Origin: Lama glama
Lineage: Eukaryota
Assembly (NCBI GenBank): GCA_028534125.1
Contig: CM052851.1
Coordinates: forward strand, 6,510,001 to 6,574,000
Direction of reading: 5' to 3'
Length of the DNA: 64,000 bases
Shown: positions 37,801-49,800 of the stretch, in pieces
Position numbering within the stretch: the first letter of the stretch is position 1
Layout of the letters: the number at the start of each line of letters is the position of its first letter
Program-made: the position numbers and the translations under genes
The notes under the pieces: model-generated
What the model was told of the DNA's origin: nothing
The model's database searches: none
What the model saw: the letters and a program-made list of their open reading frames with translations, nothing else

Positions 37801-40800
37801 GGGGGGGAGAATAATTGGTGGAGATACTAGAGATTGAACCCAGGACCTTGTGCATGCTAGGCATGCACTCTACCACTGAGCTATACCGTTCCCCACAATA
37901 AGCTTTCGAAATAGGTAGTGGTGGTTGTACACCATGGTTGTGAATGTAATTAATACCACTGAATTGTATACTTAAAAATGGTTAAAATGGAAAATTTTAG
38001 GTTATATATATTTTTCCACAATTTAAAATGTATTAATTAACTTTAAAATAGTAATATATTTATTAGGTGTTAACACATTTTTATTAAAAATGATTATATT
38101 TTCCAGGGGAGGGTGTAGTTCAGTGGTAGAGTGCATGCCTAGCATGCACAGTGTCCTGGGTTCAATCCCTAGTACCTCCATTAAAAAGTAAATAAACCTA
38201 ATTACCTCTCTCCCCCAGAAAAACAAACAAACAAAAATAACTATATTTTCCAAAACAAAAAATTAATGAGAAGATTAGCATTGTTTTAAATTTCTGAAAA
38301 TCTCATTAATGTCTGCCTTAATAGAAAACTGCTAGATTATCATATTTGCTTCTACCTTTAATCTGTTATGAATTTTTTTCTTTTGGTTGAATTGTATGAA
38401 AAAAATCTGGCCTTACACAGATTTGTAGTTGGGAAAGTTAGGAATATATTAATAGCCTTCTCAGATCATTGTGGATATTATTCTTTGACCCTACATCAAA
38501 ACTTGACAAGTGGTAGTTTTGTTTTTTTAAACGTGGCAGGTTTTTAAAGGTTAGTTACAATGTGGAATCTGAAGTTTAATCACTGAACTTTCTGAACTCT
38601 GCTGCATTAAAATCCATTGGTCTACCTTGTTCTTTGAATGAATCTTTTACCTAGAGTTGTTCTGTAATGTGATGTTTCATTGGCCATTTGGTAAATATTG
38701 GTTCGCTGACTCATGCAGATCATTCAGATGTCAACACATTTCATCATACAATAACAAAAAATCATATTTGCTAATATCACTACCATTCTTATCAGAAAAA
38801 TATTTTTAAGTATTTGGAAGCTGTCAACCTCACAGTCATGGATAGAATTTTTCTAAAATTCAAAATTTTGCTTGAAATCCCAAAATTTATCCTTGACAAC
38901 AAATACTGTCAGTTGTTTTCCTTGCATTGATAAGCTGATTGTTCATTTTTGAGAAAATGTCTGTCACATTCCCAAGTCTGAATAACAACTATAGTTTGTT
39001 TGTCTTCTGATCATTCAAGTAAAATGTCATTCCATGAAAAAAGCAGGTAGTTCAATTTGCAACTTGAATAGTCGCACAAATGCTTTTCCTCAAGACAACC
39101 ATCATGTTTTGGTATGCAGCTGAAGTGCTCTGTGCATACATCCTGTTTTATTACATAATATATGTAAAAGACCTGTTTTCAAGGTTGAGATTTATAGGAT
39201 TTTTAATTTTTTTACTACTTCCTCTACAATATTAAATGAAACCATTTTTTTCCTGTGTAACAGAAAAGATAACTATAACTGCTAGTACAGTTTAGTGCAT
39301 CTGGCTAGATTTATGCTAAGGCATCAGCAATTTTGCTCACCACTGATTTTATACTACTGATTACAAATGTTAATATAGTGAAAAAGGCAAATAACATCTT
39401 AGTATTATTATGAAACTAATTTTGCATTTGGAGACTCCTTGAAAGTGTCTTGAGGACTCCTAGGGGTTCACAGACTACACTTGTACAACATTTCTAACAA
39501 ATAATTAACTTTCACAGTGGGAATTTCAGGTCTTGGCACACTCGTTAATGGAGAAGATATTTTCCAACAGCTTTGTATCCGTTCTCAGACCACACCACCT
39601 AGGTGATCTCTTCTTCCCTTGAGCACTGGGTCAGCACACACAATTGTTACTTAGTTATGTTCCCTTAGCTCAGGGGAAGTGTCATTTTTGCTCTACTAGA
39701 GTCTGTTGTCTACAGAGCTTTCCTTCTTGGCTTACTTATCTCTCATCTGTTTACTTCTAGAGGGGAAGATGTAGAAAATAAGGATGTCATCGTCCAGGAG
39801 CTGGAGGTAGGGAAAGAAGCAGACAACTTCTGGGAATATTATTCTTTAAGCTGAGGATGCATCCTTATTCAGATTTTAATTATTTCCTGCAAACTGAGTC
39901 ACAACCTCTACTTGATTACTTGGCTTCTCCCTGCCACATTTCCTCTGCAAAGAAACGTTACTGTTTTTCCAGGGAAATTAAAGCCTGTATTCTTTCTCAG
40001 TTCTCCTAGTTGAAGTGTCAGCACCTTTGAGGCTAAGAGTTATTTTGTTTCCACTAGAATTCCCAGCCACAGGCAGCTCTCTTTTGTGGCAGCTGGCACA
40101 GACAAAGCTTCCGGAAGACTGATGCCTTCCAGGGCTCTGGGAAACCTCACCATCCCAACCACTGCCTGGTACTTGACGTTCAGGAAACTCAACTGTAAAT
40201 ACACAGACAAGGCTGCTGTGTCTTCATTTTAATTGGAAACATTTGCAGTTGCTTTATTCCCACTTCATTTTCATTCCTTTTCTACCCAGCTCCTGTAACT
40301 TTAGGTTCTCTCACAGGAAGAAGACTGAGCAAGTGGACAAATTTGTAAATGGGTGAAAGCATTGGACACGAAATTAGAGTTCTGGGAGCCGACCCTGGAT
40401 TCCAGTACTCCTTAGCCACTAGTTAGCTATGTGAACCTGGGCAAATCACATAGCTCTCTGGGTCTTAATTGCCTCAGTTGTAACTAGTGGATTCTTTTCT
40501 AACTTCACAGCTGAGTGATCTATGACTGTTGTGATTTATGAAGGCATATGCTGCCACATTTCAAAGCATTTTAATATAATTAAATACACAAACACAAAAC
40601 TGTGAAACCAAAAATCTGAGTCAAAGTTGTAAAGGTACTTGTGGCTCTTCAGCTATGTGTTGAAAAATACATTAGGATCTTCCAGGACCTCAAAGGCATC
40701 ATTATAAATAACATTTATGTTCATATAGGACCATGACAATTTTCTGCTCATTTTAATTATGAGTAGAGTAAAATTTATTTCACTTTGCTTCACTTAATTT

Positions 40801-43800
40801 GGACAGAAAAGCTCAAAGCAACATAGTAAGAGAGAGCATAGACTTTAGAGGCAGTGAAACCTGGATTTGAACTCTGGTTCTGCCTTCACAGTGTGACTTC
40901 AGGAAAGTTACCTACCTTCTCTGAGTCTGTTTCCTTACCTGTCAATGAGATTGAAAAATAATCCAGTTTTCAAGATTGTGGTGAGGATTAGAAATAGATG
41001 TGTGCAATTCCTGCCATATAGTAGCTCAATTAATGATAGCTAGAGAGCACTTACATAAATTTATAACTATATTAAAAGGTTTCAAAGAGCTTTTTATGTT
41101 CTTTCTCTTACTCTCATTAGTTTTAGGCAAATATTATCATCCCCTTTCATTCATTTAGAAAGCATTTATTGATAGGCAATGTATCCCAAAGGTTAGGAGC
41201 ATATGCTCCAGAACCCCACTGCCTAGGTTCATACCTTAGCTACACCATTGCTACTTGTGTAACCTTCAATAAGTTATTTTACCCCTTTGTCTCAGTTTCC
41301 TCATTGGTAAAATGGGGATGATAGAACTGTCTATCTTACAAGGTTTTTATGAGTATTAAATTAATATGTATAAAAATAGTAATACTTGCCATAGTGATTA
41401 CTCAATAAATGCTAGCTATTAAAATTATAAGCTAGATACTATGCTAATAGAGATAACATAAAGATAAACATGGCATAGTTTCTGTTTTCTGTGAGCCCAA
41501 ATATGAGGAAAATGAGTCTTAGAGATGAAATGACAAAGCTGAGACTGAAATTCACATATTTTTCCCACAAAAATTCAGTAGTCTTTTTATGATACCAAAT
41601 TGTTTAATTATTGTATACTAACAAGCATAGGTTAATTAGAGATAAATTAATATTTTAAGCGAGTGGAAGAAAAGGTTTGACTTAAGTAAAAGCAAAATAA
41701 GTATATATCAGTAAATACCAGTGTTATTCATTAATTCAGCATATATTTACTGAGGACCTGTTATGCTCCACCTACTATGGTAGACACCATAGAAGGGATG
41801 CTAAGGTAAATCAAGTATATTCTACTTTAAGGAGATTTCTCAGTAAGGAAAATAAAAATATATACATGGAATTTAGTAAAGACCCAAGGCTAACTACTGT
41901 AATATTTGAGACCAATAGTTAATGCCACTTGGGAAATCAGGGAAAACTTTCTGGAGGAGATGGCTTTTGAATTGTACCATAAAAGGACAGGTAGAATTTC
42001 ATCATATGCTGATGAGTTCAAAGGGTATTTTAGGCAGAGGGAAGACACAACGCAAGAGCACAGACATGGAGAAATAGAAGGCATATTCAGGGAACGGCTC
42101 AGTTTTAAAAGAATATAGGATATAACAAGGGTAAATTGATAGATTGGCTGAGATTAGACAGTATTAAAATCATTTCTTTTTTTTTTCAGGATTCTATTCG
42201 TGTGGTCTTGGGAAACTTGGACAATCTGCAACCATTTGCTACAGAACACTTCATTGTATTTCCCTGTATCCTTTCTTTCCTGGGTGGAAATGAACTATGA
42301 CTCACATTGTAGATTCAAAAGGAAGCAACAAACCCATAGGCAGTTTGGAGGGTAGGTCAAGGAAAGGAGAGGGAGACTTTTCTCTAAAATAGCACTCAGG
42401 GATTTGTGCTGGCTTCTTTCGTCACTCCTTAACACATTACCCAGATAAAAGCAAATGGGAGAGTGTGTCCCACCTGAAATTCAAACATGGGGAAATTGTC
42501 TTGGTTCCCTACCCATTTGTTTTCACTCTGTATGTGGAGATGAAATGGTTTCATGAAAATCTGTCATCTAGTAAGTAGAATGACAGAAGTGTGGGTGGTG
42601 GGGAAGAAAAAAGGGAAGGTTGAACATCCATGGATCAGCAGTGCAAATTTAATATGGCAAAACAGGCAGTCAGACTGGGCCTCAACACTGCACAGTGCAG
42701 AAGTCAGGAGCATGTGCTTCAACCCAGACTGTGTGGTTCAAATCTTGGTGGCTTTGCCACTTAATAGCTGTATGACCTTAGATAAATTACTCAATCTTTC
42801 TATGCCTCCTTTGTTAAATGGTGAATAGTAATAATAGTACTTATCTTATTGAGTTGTTAAAAATATTAAATGTATAAATACTGGAAGATGGAAAGTGCAA
42901 AGTCTGACCTAGAGTGATCACTCAGTGAAAGATACTATATAAATTATTCCTTCCACTTTAGAATATTTAATGGCTCACCTTAGTGGTGTCTTAGAGATAT
43001 CTCCCAATTTTTAATCTCTGAGGGTCATTACCATTTTTAGAAATAGAGGGATGAGGAAACACATGCCAATTTGATTTGAAAAAAGGTATAAAAGCCTTAC
43101 CTCAGAATATCTCCCCAATTCATTTGTCACTGAAACCAGATATTCCATTTTTTCCTTTTGTAATAGGGATCATCCACTTTATGTGACATATAATAAGAGT
43201 ATAGTGTGAATCAAAATATTTTTAGATAACAATAGTTTTTAAATAAGGGAGGAAGAAAGTTTGAAGACAGTATTTCTAGGAAAAGTGGTCTCAGGTGGAT
43301 GAGAGAAGGGCACACACCAAAGTTTTGTCTAGGACCAGTTCTGAGAAATCTATGGTGTCCAGAAATCCAGGTGAAACAGTCTTGATCCATTATGACACTG
43401 AAATTTCCTGTTGTAGGAAAACCAATAAACAACAGTCCTCTTGGGTTGGTAAGTTTCCCTTTTTTGTATGAAATGAAAATTGCCTTTATTGCCTCTTGTT
43501 GTCTAAAAAGTCCTGCTCTTGTCTCTTCTTTTTTGCCTCTTGGTTGCTGCCCAAGTCCAATCAGAATTGTATACGTGAGACATTCTTTTTCCCCTGGCTA
43601 GATTTCTGAGACTATGTCTCTAACAGAATATCTATCCTTACTTGCAAAGCTGGTGTTAAAAGTTGCCTTTGGCAGTTTAAAGATGGGGAGTTCTCTTCAC
43701 TGTGCCTTCATTTGAGCAACCCTGGAAAAGGAGGAGTCACAGGAGTCTGGTTCCTCTCTGAAGGTCCTAGCAGAGAAGAAAGCAGCAGGAGCCATGATGA

Positions 43801-46800
43801 GGAAACGAAAACGCATAGAAGTGCCCGGCTCCCCCAGCAGGCCACGGCTGGACAGGTCAGTGGTCTCAGGAGAGGGGCTAACCCCTGCATCCTAGTTAGG
43901 CTTTGCCAGCTACTGCTGCTGGTTGATCTTGTATTTGGGTGAGTCACTCTCTCTCTCAGGGCTTCATTCACACCTGCCTAGTGCATATTCTAGTAGATGG
44001 ACTAAGGAAAGGAAGCAAGTTGATATTTGCGATGTAATTTTTTGTTTTTTATTGAAGTCTAGTTGATTTACAATGTTGTATTAGCTTCTGGTGTACAGCA
44101 TAGTGATTCAGTTATACATATATATATATACTCTTTTTCATTAATAGGTTATTACAAGCTATTGAATATAGTTCCCTGTGCTATACAGTTGGACCTTGTT
44201 ATCTATTTTATATCTAACAGTTTGTATCTGCTATTCCCAAACTCCTAATTTATCCCCCTCCCTTCCCCTTAGGTAACTATAAGTTTGTTTTCTGTGTCTG
44301 TGAGTCTATTTATGTTTTGTAAATAAGTTCATTTGTGTCATTTTTTTAGATTCCACATGTAAGTGGTATCATGATATTTCTCTTTCTATGTCTGACTTAC
44401 TTCACTTAGTATAGTAATCTCTAGGTCCATCCATGTTGCTGCAAATGGCATTATTTCGTTCTTTTTTGACTGAGTAGTATTCTACTATATATTATATATT
44501 TTTATTAAAAATATATTTAATATATGTAAAATATATAATGGAATACTACTCAGTCATAAAGAAGTATATGTGTACATATATATATATATATACACACACC
44601 ACAACTTCTTTATCCAATCATCTGTCAATAGACATTTAGGTTTCTTCCATGTCTTGGTAACTACTGCTGCACTGAACATTGGGGTACATGTATCTTTTCA
44701 ACTTAGAGTTTTCTCTGNNNNNNNNNNNNNNNNNNNNNNNNNNNNNNNNNNNNNNNNNNNNNNNNNNNNNNNNNNNNNNNNNNNNNNNNNNNNNNNNNNN
44801 NNNNNNNNNNNNNNNNNNNNNNNNNNNNNNNNNNNNNNNNNNNNNNNNNNNNNNNNNNNNNNNNNNNNNNNNNNNNCATTTGTGGACTTTTTAATGATGN
44901 NNNNNNNNNNNNNNNNNNNNNNNNNNNNNNNNNNNNNNNNNNNNNNNNNNNNNNNNNNNNNNNNNNNNNNNNNNNNNNNNNNNNNNNNNNNNNNNNNNNN
45001 NNNNNNNNNNNNNNNNNNNNNNNNNNNNNNNNNNNNNNNNNNNNNNNNNNNGATTGGCTTGTTTATTTTTTTGTATTGAGTTGTATGAGCTGTTCATATA
45101 TTCTGGAAGTTAAGCCCTTGTCAGTCACATCACTAGCAAATATATTCTCCCAGTCCCAGGTTGTCTTTTCACTTGTTTGTGGTTTCCTTTGCTGTGCAAA
45201 AGCTTATAAGTTTGATTAAGTCCCATTTGTTCATTTTTGCTTTTACTTCTTTTGCCTTGGTAGACTGCACAGAACATTGCTAAGATTTATGTCAAAGAAT
45301 GTTTTGCCTATGTTCTCTTATAGAGGATTTATGGCATCCTGTCTTATGTTTAAGTATTTAAGCCATTTTGAGCTTATTTTTGTAAATGGTGTGAGGGAGT
45401 GTTCTAACTTCATTGATTTACATGCAGCTGTTCAGCTTTCCCAATAACACTTGCCAAAGAAACTGTCTTTTCTCTATTGTATATTCAAAATGTCTCCTTT
45501 GTCAAAGATTAATTGACTGTAGGTGTATGGGTTTATTTCTGGGCTCTGTATTTTGTTCCATTGATTCATATGTCTGCTTTTGTGCCAATAGCATGCTGTT
45601 TTGATTACTGTAGCTTTGTAGTATTGTCTGAAGTCTGGGAGGGTTATGCCTCCAGCTTCGTATTTTTTCCTTCAGTATGCAATGTAATTTGAACACAGTC
45701 CCTTCCTCAGCAAAGTAGAATTCTTCTGTTCATCAAGATGAAGGCTGGGGGGAAATGCAACCAGATCTAAACACTTGACTACAAGTCAGTGAGTGCTTAC
45801 TATGGTTGCACTATCAAGAAACACAGTCACGAGGCACAAGATACGAAGTCCCAGGATATTATACAAGAACATAGAGAAACCTTCAAAAGAGTGAGAACAA
45901 ATAAAATATAATCCTATTTTACCCAGTGAGCAATAAGCTTTTGGTAATCTACCTTAAAATGTAGTCCAGGCCAGGACAGGTTGCGGCAAAAACAGAATGG
46001 TGGAAAGTTGTTCTGCAGGTGGTGAAACTTGAGAATGAGTCCAGTGAATTCAGTCTGCACCTAGGACCAAGAAGTGCTGGTGATAGGAATCCTGACTTGT
46101 AGCAAAGCAGGAATAGCCAAGAGGCTTGAAGCCTCCATTTTGGTTCCAATGTCTACAAGAGGGAATGCATCAGTTATTGGAGGGGAGTACTGAGCACAGC
46201 CCTTCACATATTGAAGTTACTACTGGGGAGGCTGCTAATTTTCTTCTTTTGATTTTCTGTCAGGGACAGAATGAGTCTGTAAAACAACTCAGTCATTTAT
46301 ATTAGCACCTAGATAGGGATACTGGGATAATCCAACGTGTGGTTTGTGCTCCAGCCCAAAGTACTTTCAGCTCAGGTTTAGAAACAGCAGCTGTTTTTTT
46401 CCTGGTACTATGTGGGCCCCAAGATACACAGGAGCAGTGAGGATAGACCTCAAAGGAGCTGACCTCTACACCCTCAAAATGCACTTGTCAGTGGAGAGTT
46501 AGGCAGTTCCCTTCCCAGCCAGGTGAAATGTGAGGGTATTTGGAGGTGTGAAGCTTTGCTCAGTTCCATTTGACTAAATTTGCCATGGCAACAAGGCCTC
46601 ACATCTTCCCTTTCTCTGTGTTTTGATGCACAACCAAGTATTTCAAAATCTAATACCTGCTGTCAATCACATTTTCCTTTTCTCAGCCCCTACATCCCAA
46701 ATTGTGATTCTGCTGTGAATTAAAGCAGCACCCAGGGAGAATTTGGCTATACAATTTAGTCTGCAGGCCAGGAGTGGCATAAAAATAGCCAACCTGCTGA

Positions 46801-49800
46801 AATATTCATTTGGGCCACATTTACTTGAATGTGGTGATGTTGTTGCTGCCAGTAACATTTCCTGGGCTTTTTTCTCCCACCTCAGGGCCAAGATGGGGAC
46901 TTCCAGCCAACGGCTCAGCAAAAAGAAGCCCCCTATGGAAACCAGGAGGGTAAGCACCAAAATGGAGACTTCAAAACTCTTGGCTATTCCTGCTCTGTTA
47001 CAAGTCAGGATTCCTGTTACCAGCACATCTTGGTCCTAATTACAGACCGAATTCACTGGACTCATTCTCAGGTTTCACCATCTGCAGCACAACTTTCCAC
47101 CATTCCACCCTTGCCACAATCTGTCCTAAAAGTAGCTGCATAATACACACATCGATGAATCCTTTTGTTAGCTTAAAAACTGCTTTCTTATACTCCGCAG
47201 TTGAAGTAAGAAAATAGGTCTCTTGCATTGAGGTGGGATCCAGTTTAGAATTTTTTTAGAAACCTTTTTTCTTTCATCTGCACTGGAGTCTGAGTCTCGG
47301 AACATATAGGTTTTACAAACAAGCTACATATATATCAACACAGGACACTGGTAAGAGAAGACATTTAGAGCAGTGATGGGCTGGCCCCAGTAGTATTTGA
47401 TTCATTTTATGAGGTCTGTTCTCCATTTAGATATTCATACATCTACTTCTCCTCCATTTGGGGACTTCTTTTCTATAATAGTCTCTAAAATAGCGCCCTT
47501 TTTCTTCAAATAGCTGTTGAATGTGCCTTTTCTTTTTTCTATCCCATCTCACCAAAGAGGGTCTAACCTTAAGTATCCAAACACTCACAGATCACCTCCC
47601 CCATCTTCCCAAGATCCATGACATGATCAGTTATGGAGCAAACATTTACATATTCATTCAGCAAACATTTGTTGAGTGTCTGCTATATGTCAAATACTAA
47701 GGCTACCTTAAAAATGCCAAAAGTGTAAAGCTGAACAGACAATTACTGATAGATGTGCTGTGTTGTAAGAATAAAAGAAGCACAGGGTACAAAGGGACCA
47801 CAAATGAGAACCTCACTCAGACCAAGTGGATGTGAGATTGAGTTCCCAGAGTAGCTCAAAGAACTAAAGCTAAGAGGAAAGAATACAATAGTTTTGGTGA
47901 CTGGAAGCCGATACACCTGGTGTATAGAGTACAGTGCTGAGAAATGTTACTGGAGAGGTCAGCACGGCCTGGATCATAAAAGGCCTTAAAGCCACCTTCA
48001 AGATCACAGGAATTCCCTACAACGTTTTAAAAAGTAGAAAAGTGAAGTGATTTTCATTTCTAAACAATTCTGTCTCTGGCTTGCAAGGCATTGTGTTAAG
48101 TGCTGAGATGCACCCAAACATATAAAACCTAGTTTTTTCCCAGGAGCTTATCATTTAGTTGGGGAAAGAATGAACCCTTAAGGACTCATACCTCTCCCTC
48201 TGTGGGCAGGGGCAGGGTATTGAGCCCTGTTGTGCCCATGGCTGACTGGCCCACGGAGTAATTTTAGACATATGGTTCCCTTCTTCTATACTTGTCATCC
48301 TTTAGAGAGGGAAGAAGGAAAAATGAGAAAGTACAAGAAAGTACATGAAGCTCTGGAGAACAAAGACACTTTATACAACCAAGATAATTACTATTAAAGG
48401 AACATTTCCCTCACTCTCTACCCTTTGTACCTTCCTATTCTTAGTTTGACACATCATCTCCCTCAAGAACAGTACCCACAGTTTCTTACTCAACATAATT
48501 ACCTTTTCATCCTGATACTGGATTTAGGAAAAAAACTCTGAGAAAAAAAAAAAGAACATGTTTATTGATTTTGACTCAAAGCCCAGAGACAGCCTCCATT
48601 GTAGACCCTGTTCCCAGAGAGCGGACTTCTCCTAAATTAAAGTGATCACAGTGATTCTTAGTGTAAGTCACTTGAGCTGGAAGAATTGATTTGCTCCTAT
48701 GGTCCAATGCTTAATATCTTCTCTCCCCTTTGGGAGAAGGTAGTGTGTAAGAACACAGTCAGTGTGGATTGTGCACATCTGAATGCATTGGGAGCCTGTG
48801 CAGAGAAGGCTTAGAAGATTACAACACATATCTGAATAAGGTCTCTGTTTCACAAGAGGTGTTTTGAAGAGAATGGGAAGGAAGGTCAGACTTACTACCT
48901 TTGTTATGTCAGCTCCTAGACCTAGAGATCCAGACTTTAAAAGGATAAAAAATAGGAGAGAGCAGGTGAGTGATCCAGAAGTGAACGGACTGTGTTTTGT
49001 TTTTGTTTTTGTTTTTGTTTTTGTTTTTGTTTTTGTTTTTGTTTTGTCTCCTCTGCTTGAACTGCACTTCTAAGCAGATCTGGCCCTGAACATACAGGGC
49101 ACAACCTTGCATCAGGTTTTCAGGGTATTATGTCTTATTGGATGTCCTAGATGGTATCTTCAGTCTTATTTCAGGCTATAATGGTTTTCCTCTCTTATAT
49201 CATTTGCCTGAGGAGACCTCTGTTAAGATTTCAGGAGAGCACAAAGCACAAAGGCTAAACTATCTTATGAGGGAAATCTCCCCTGTTCAGAGGTAGGCTA
49301 TTCCTCTGCCCTAGGGCCTTTGCCCTTCTGGTCACCACTGCCAAGCTTAGTAGATGCTTTCATTAGGGCCAGTGCAGCAGGATTTAGACCTCAAACCACA
49401 GTTTCACTACATCTGTAAGAATCATTCCCTCAAGCTAGAAATCAGAGCTGGGCCCTCTAAGTTCCATCTCTACCCTATCTAGAAGAAGTAAGAGATGATC
49501 TCCTCCCCAGAGTTTCCTTTATATTTTATAGGAATATGACTTAGGTGGCTGCCTTTGGGGTCTGGAATTTGAGAGGTTTATGGAAAAGCTTATCAGAAAT
49601 ATCAGCCTGTGCTCTGTCCTGGGAGCTTATTGTGCCTCTGCCCTCCCAGAGCCACCTGACAGTCCGCGGCCCCTTGCTATATATCTTTCCCCAGTAAAAT
49701 GGCTCAAGGAATTCGCCAGCATTGCTGGGTAGTCAGGCCCTCGGGTTCTGCCTGGGTGAGGGGAGTGAACAGTTGGCAAAGATTCTCAAAGAAAATGTAT

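Larger units (their letters stand above)
35024..39490. mobile_element. Charlie1-like hAT DNA transposon (35024-~35247 and ~38030-39490) split by a nested L1
   Basis: 5' end cagtggttctcaaa...tctcaggacccc; 3' end ...gactcctaggggttcacagactacact; degenerate AT-rich internal sequence. Confidence 0.6.
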
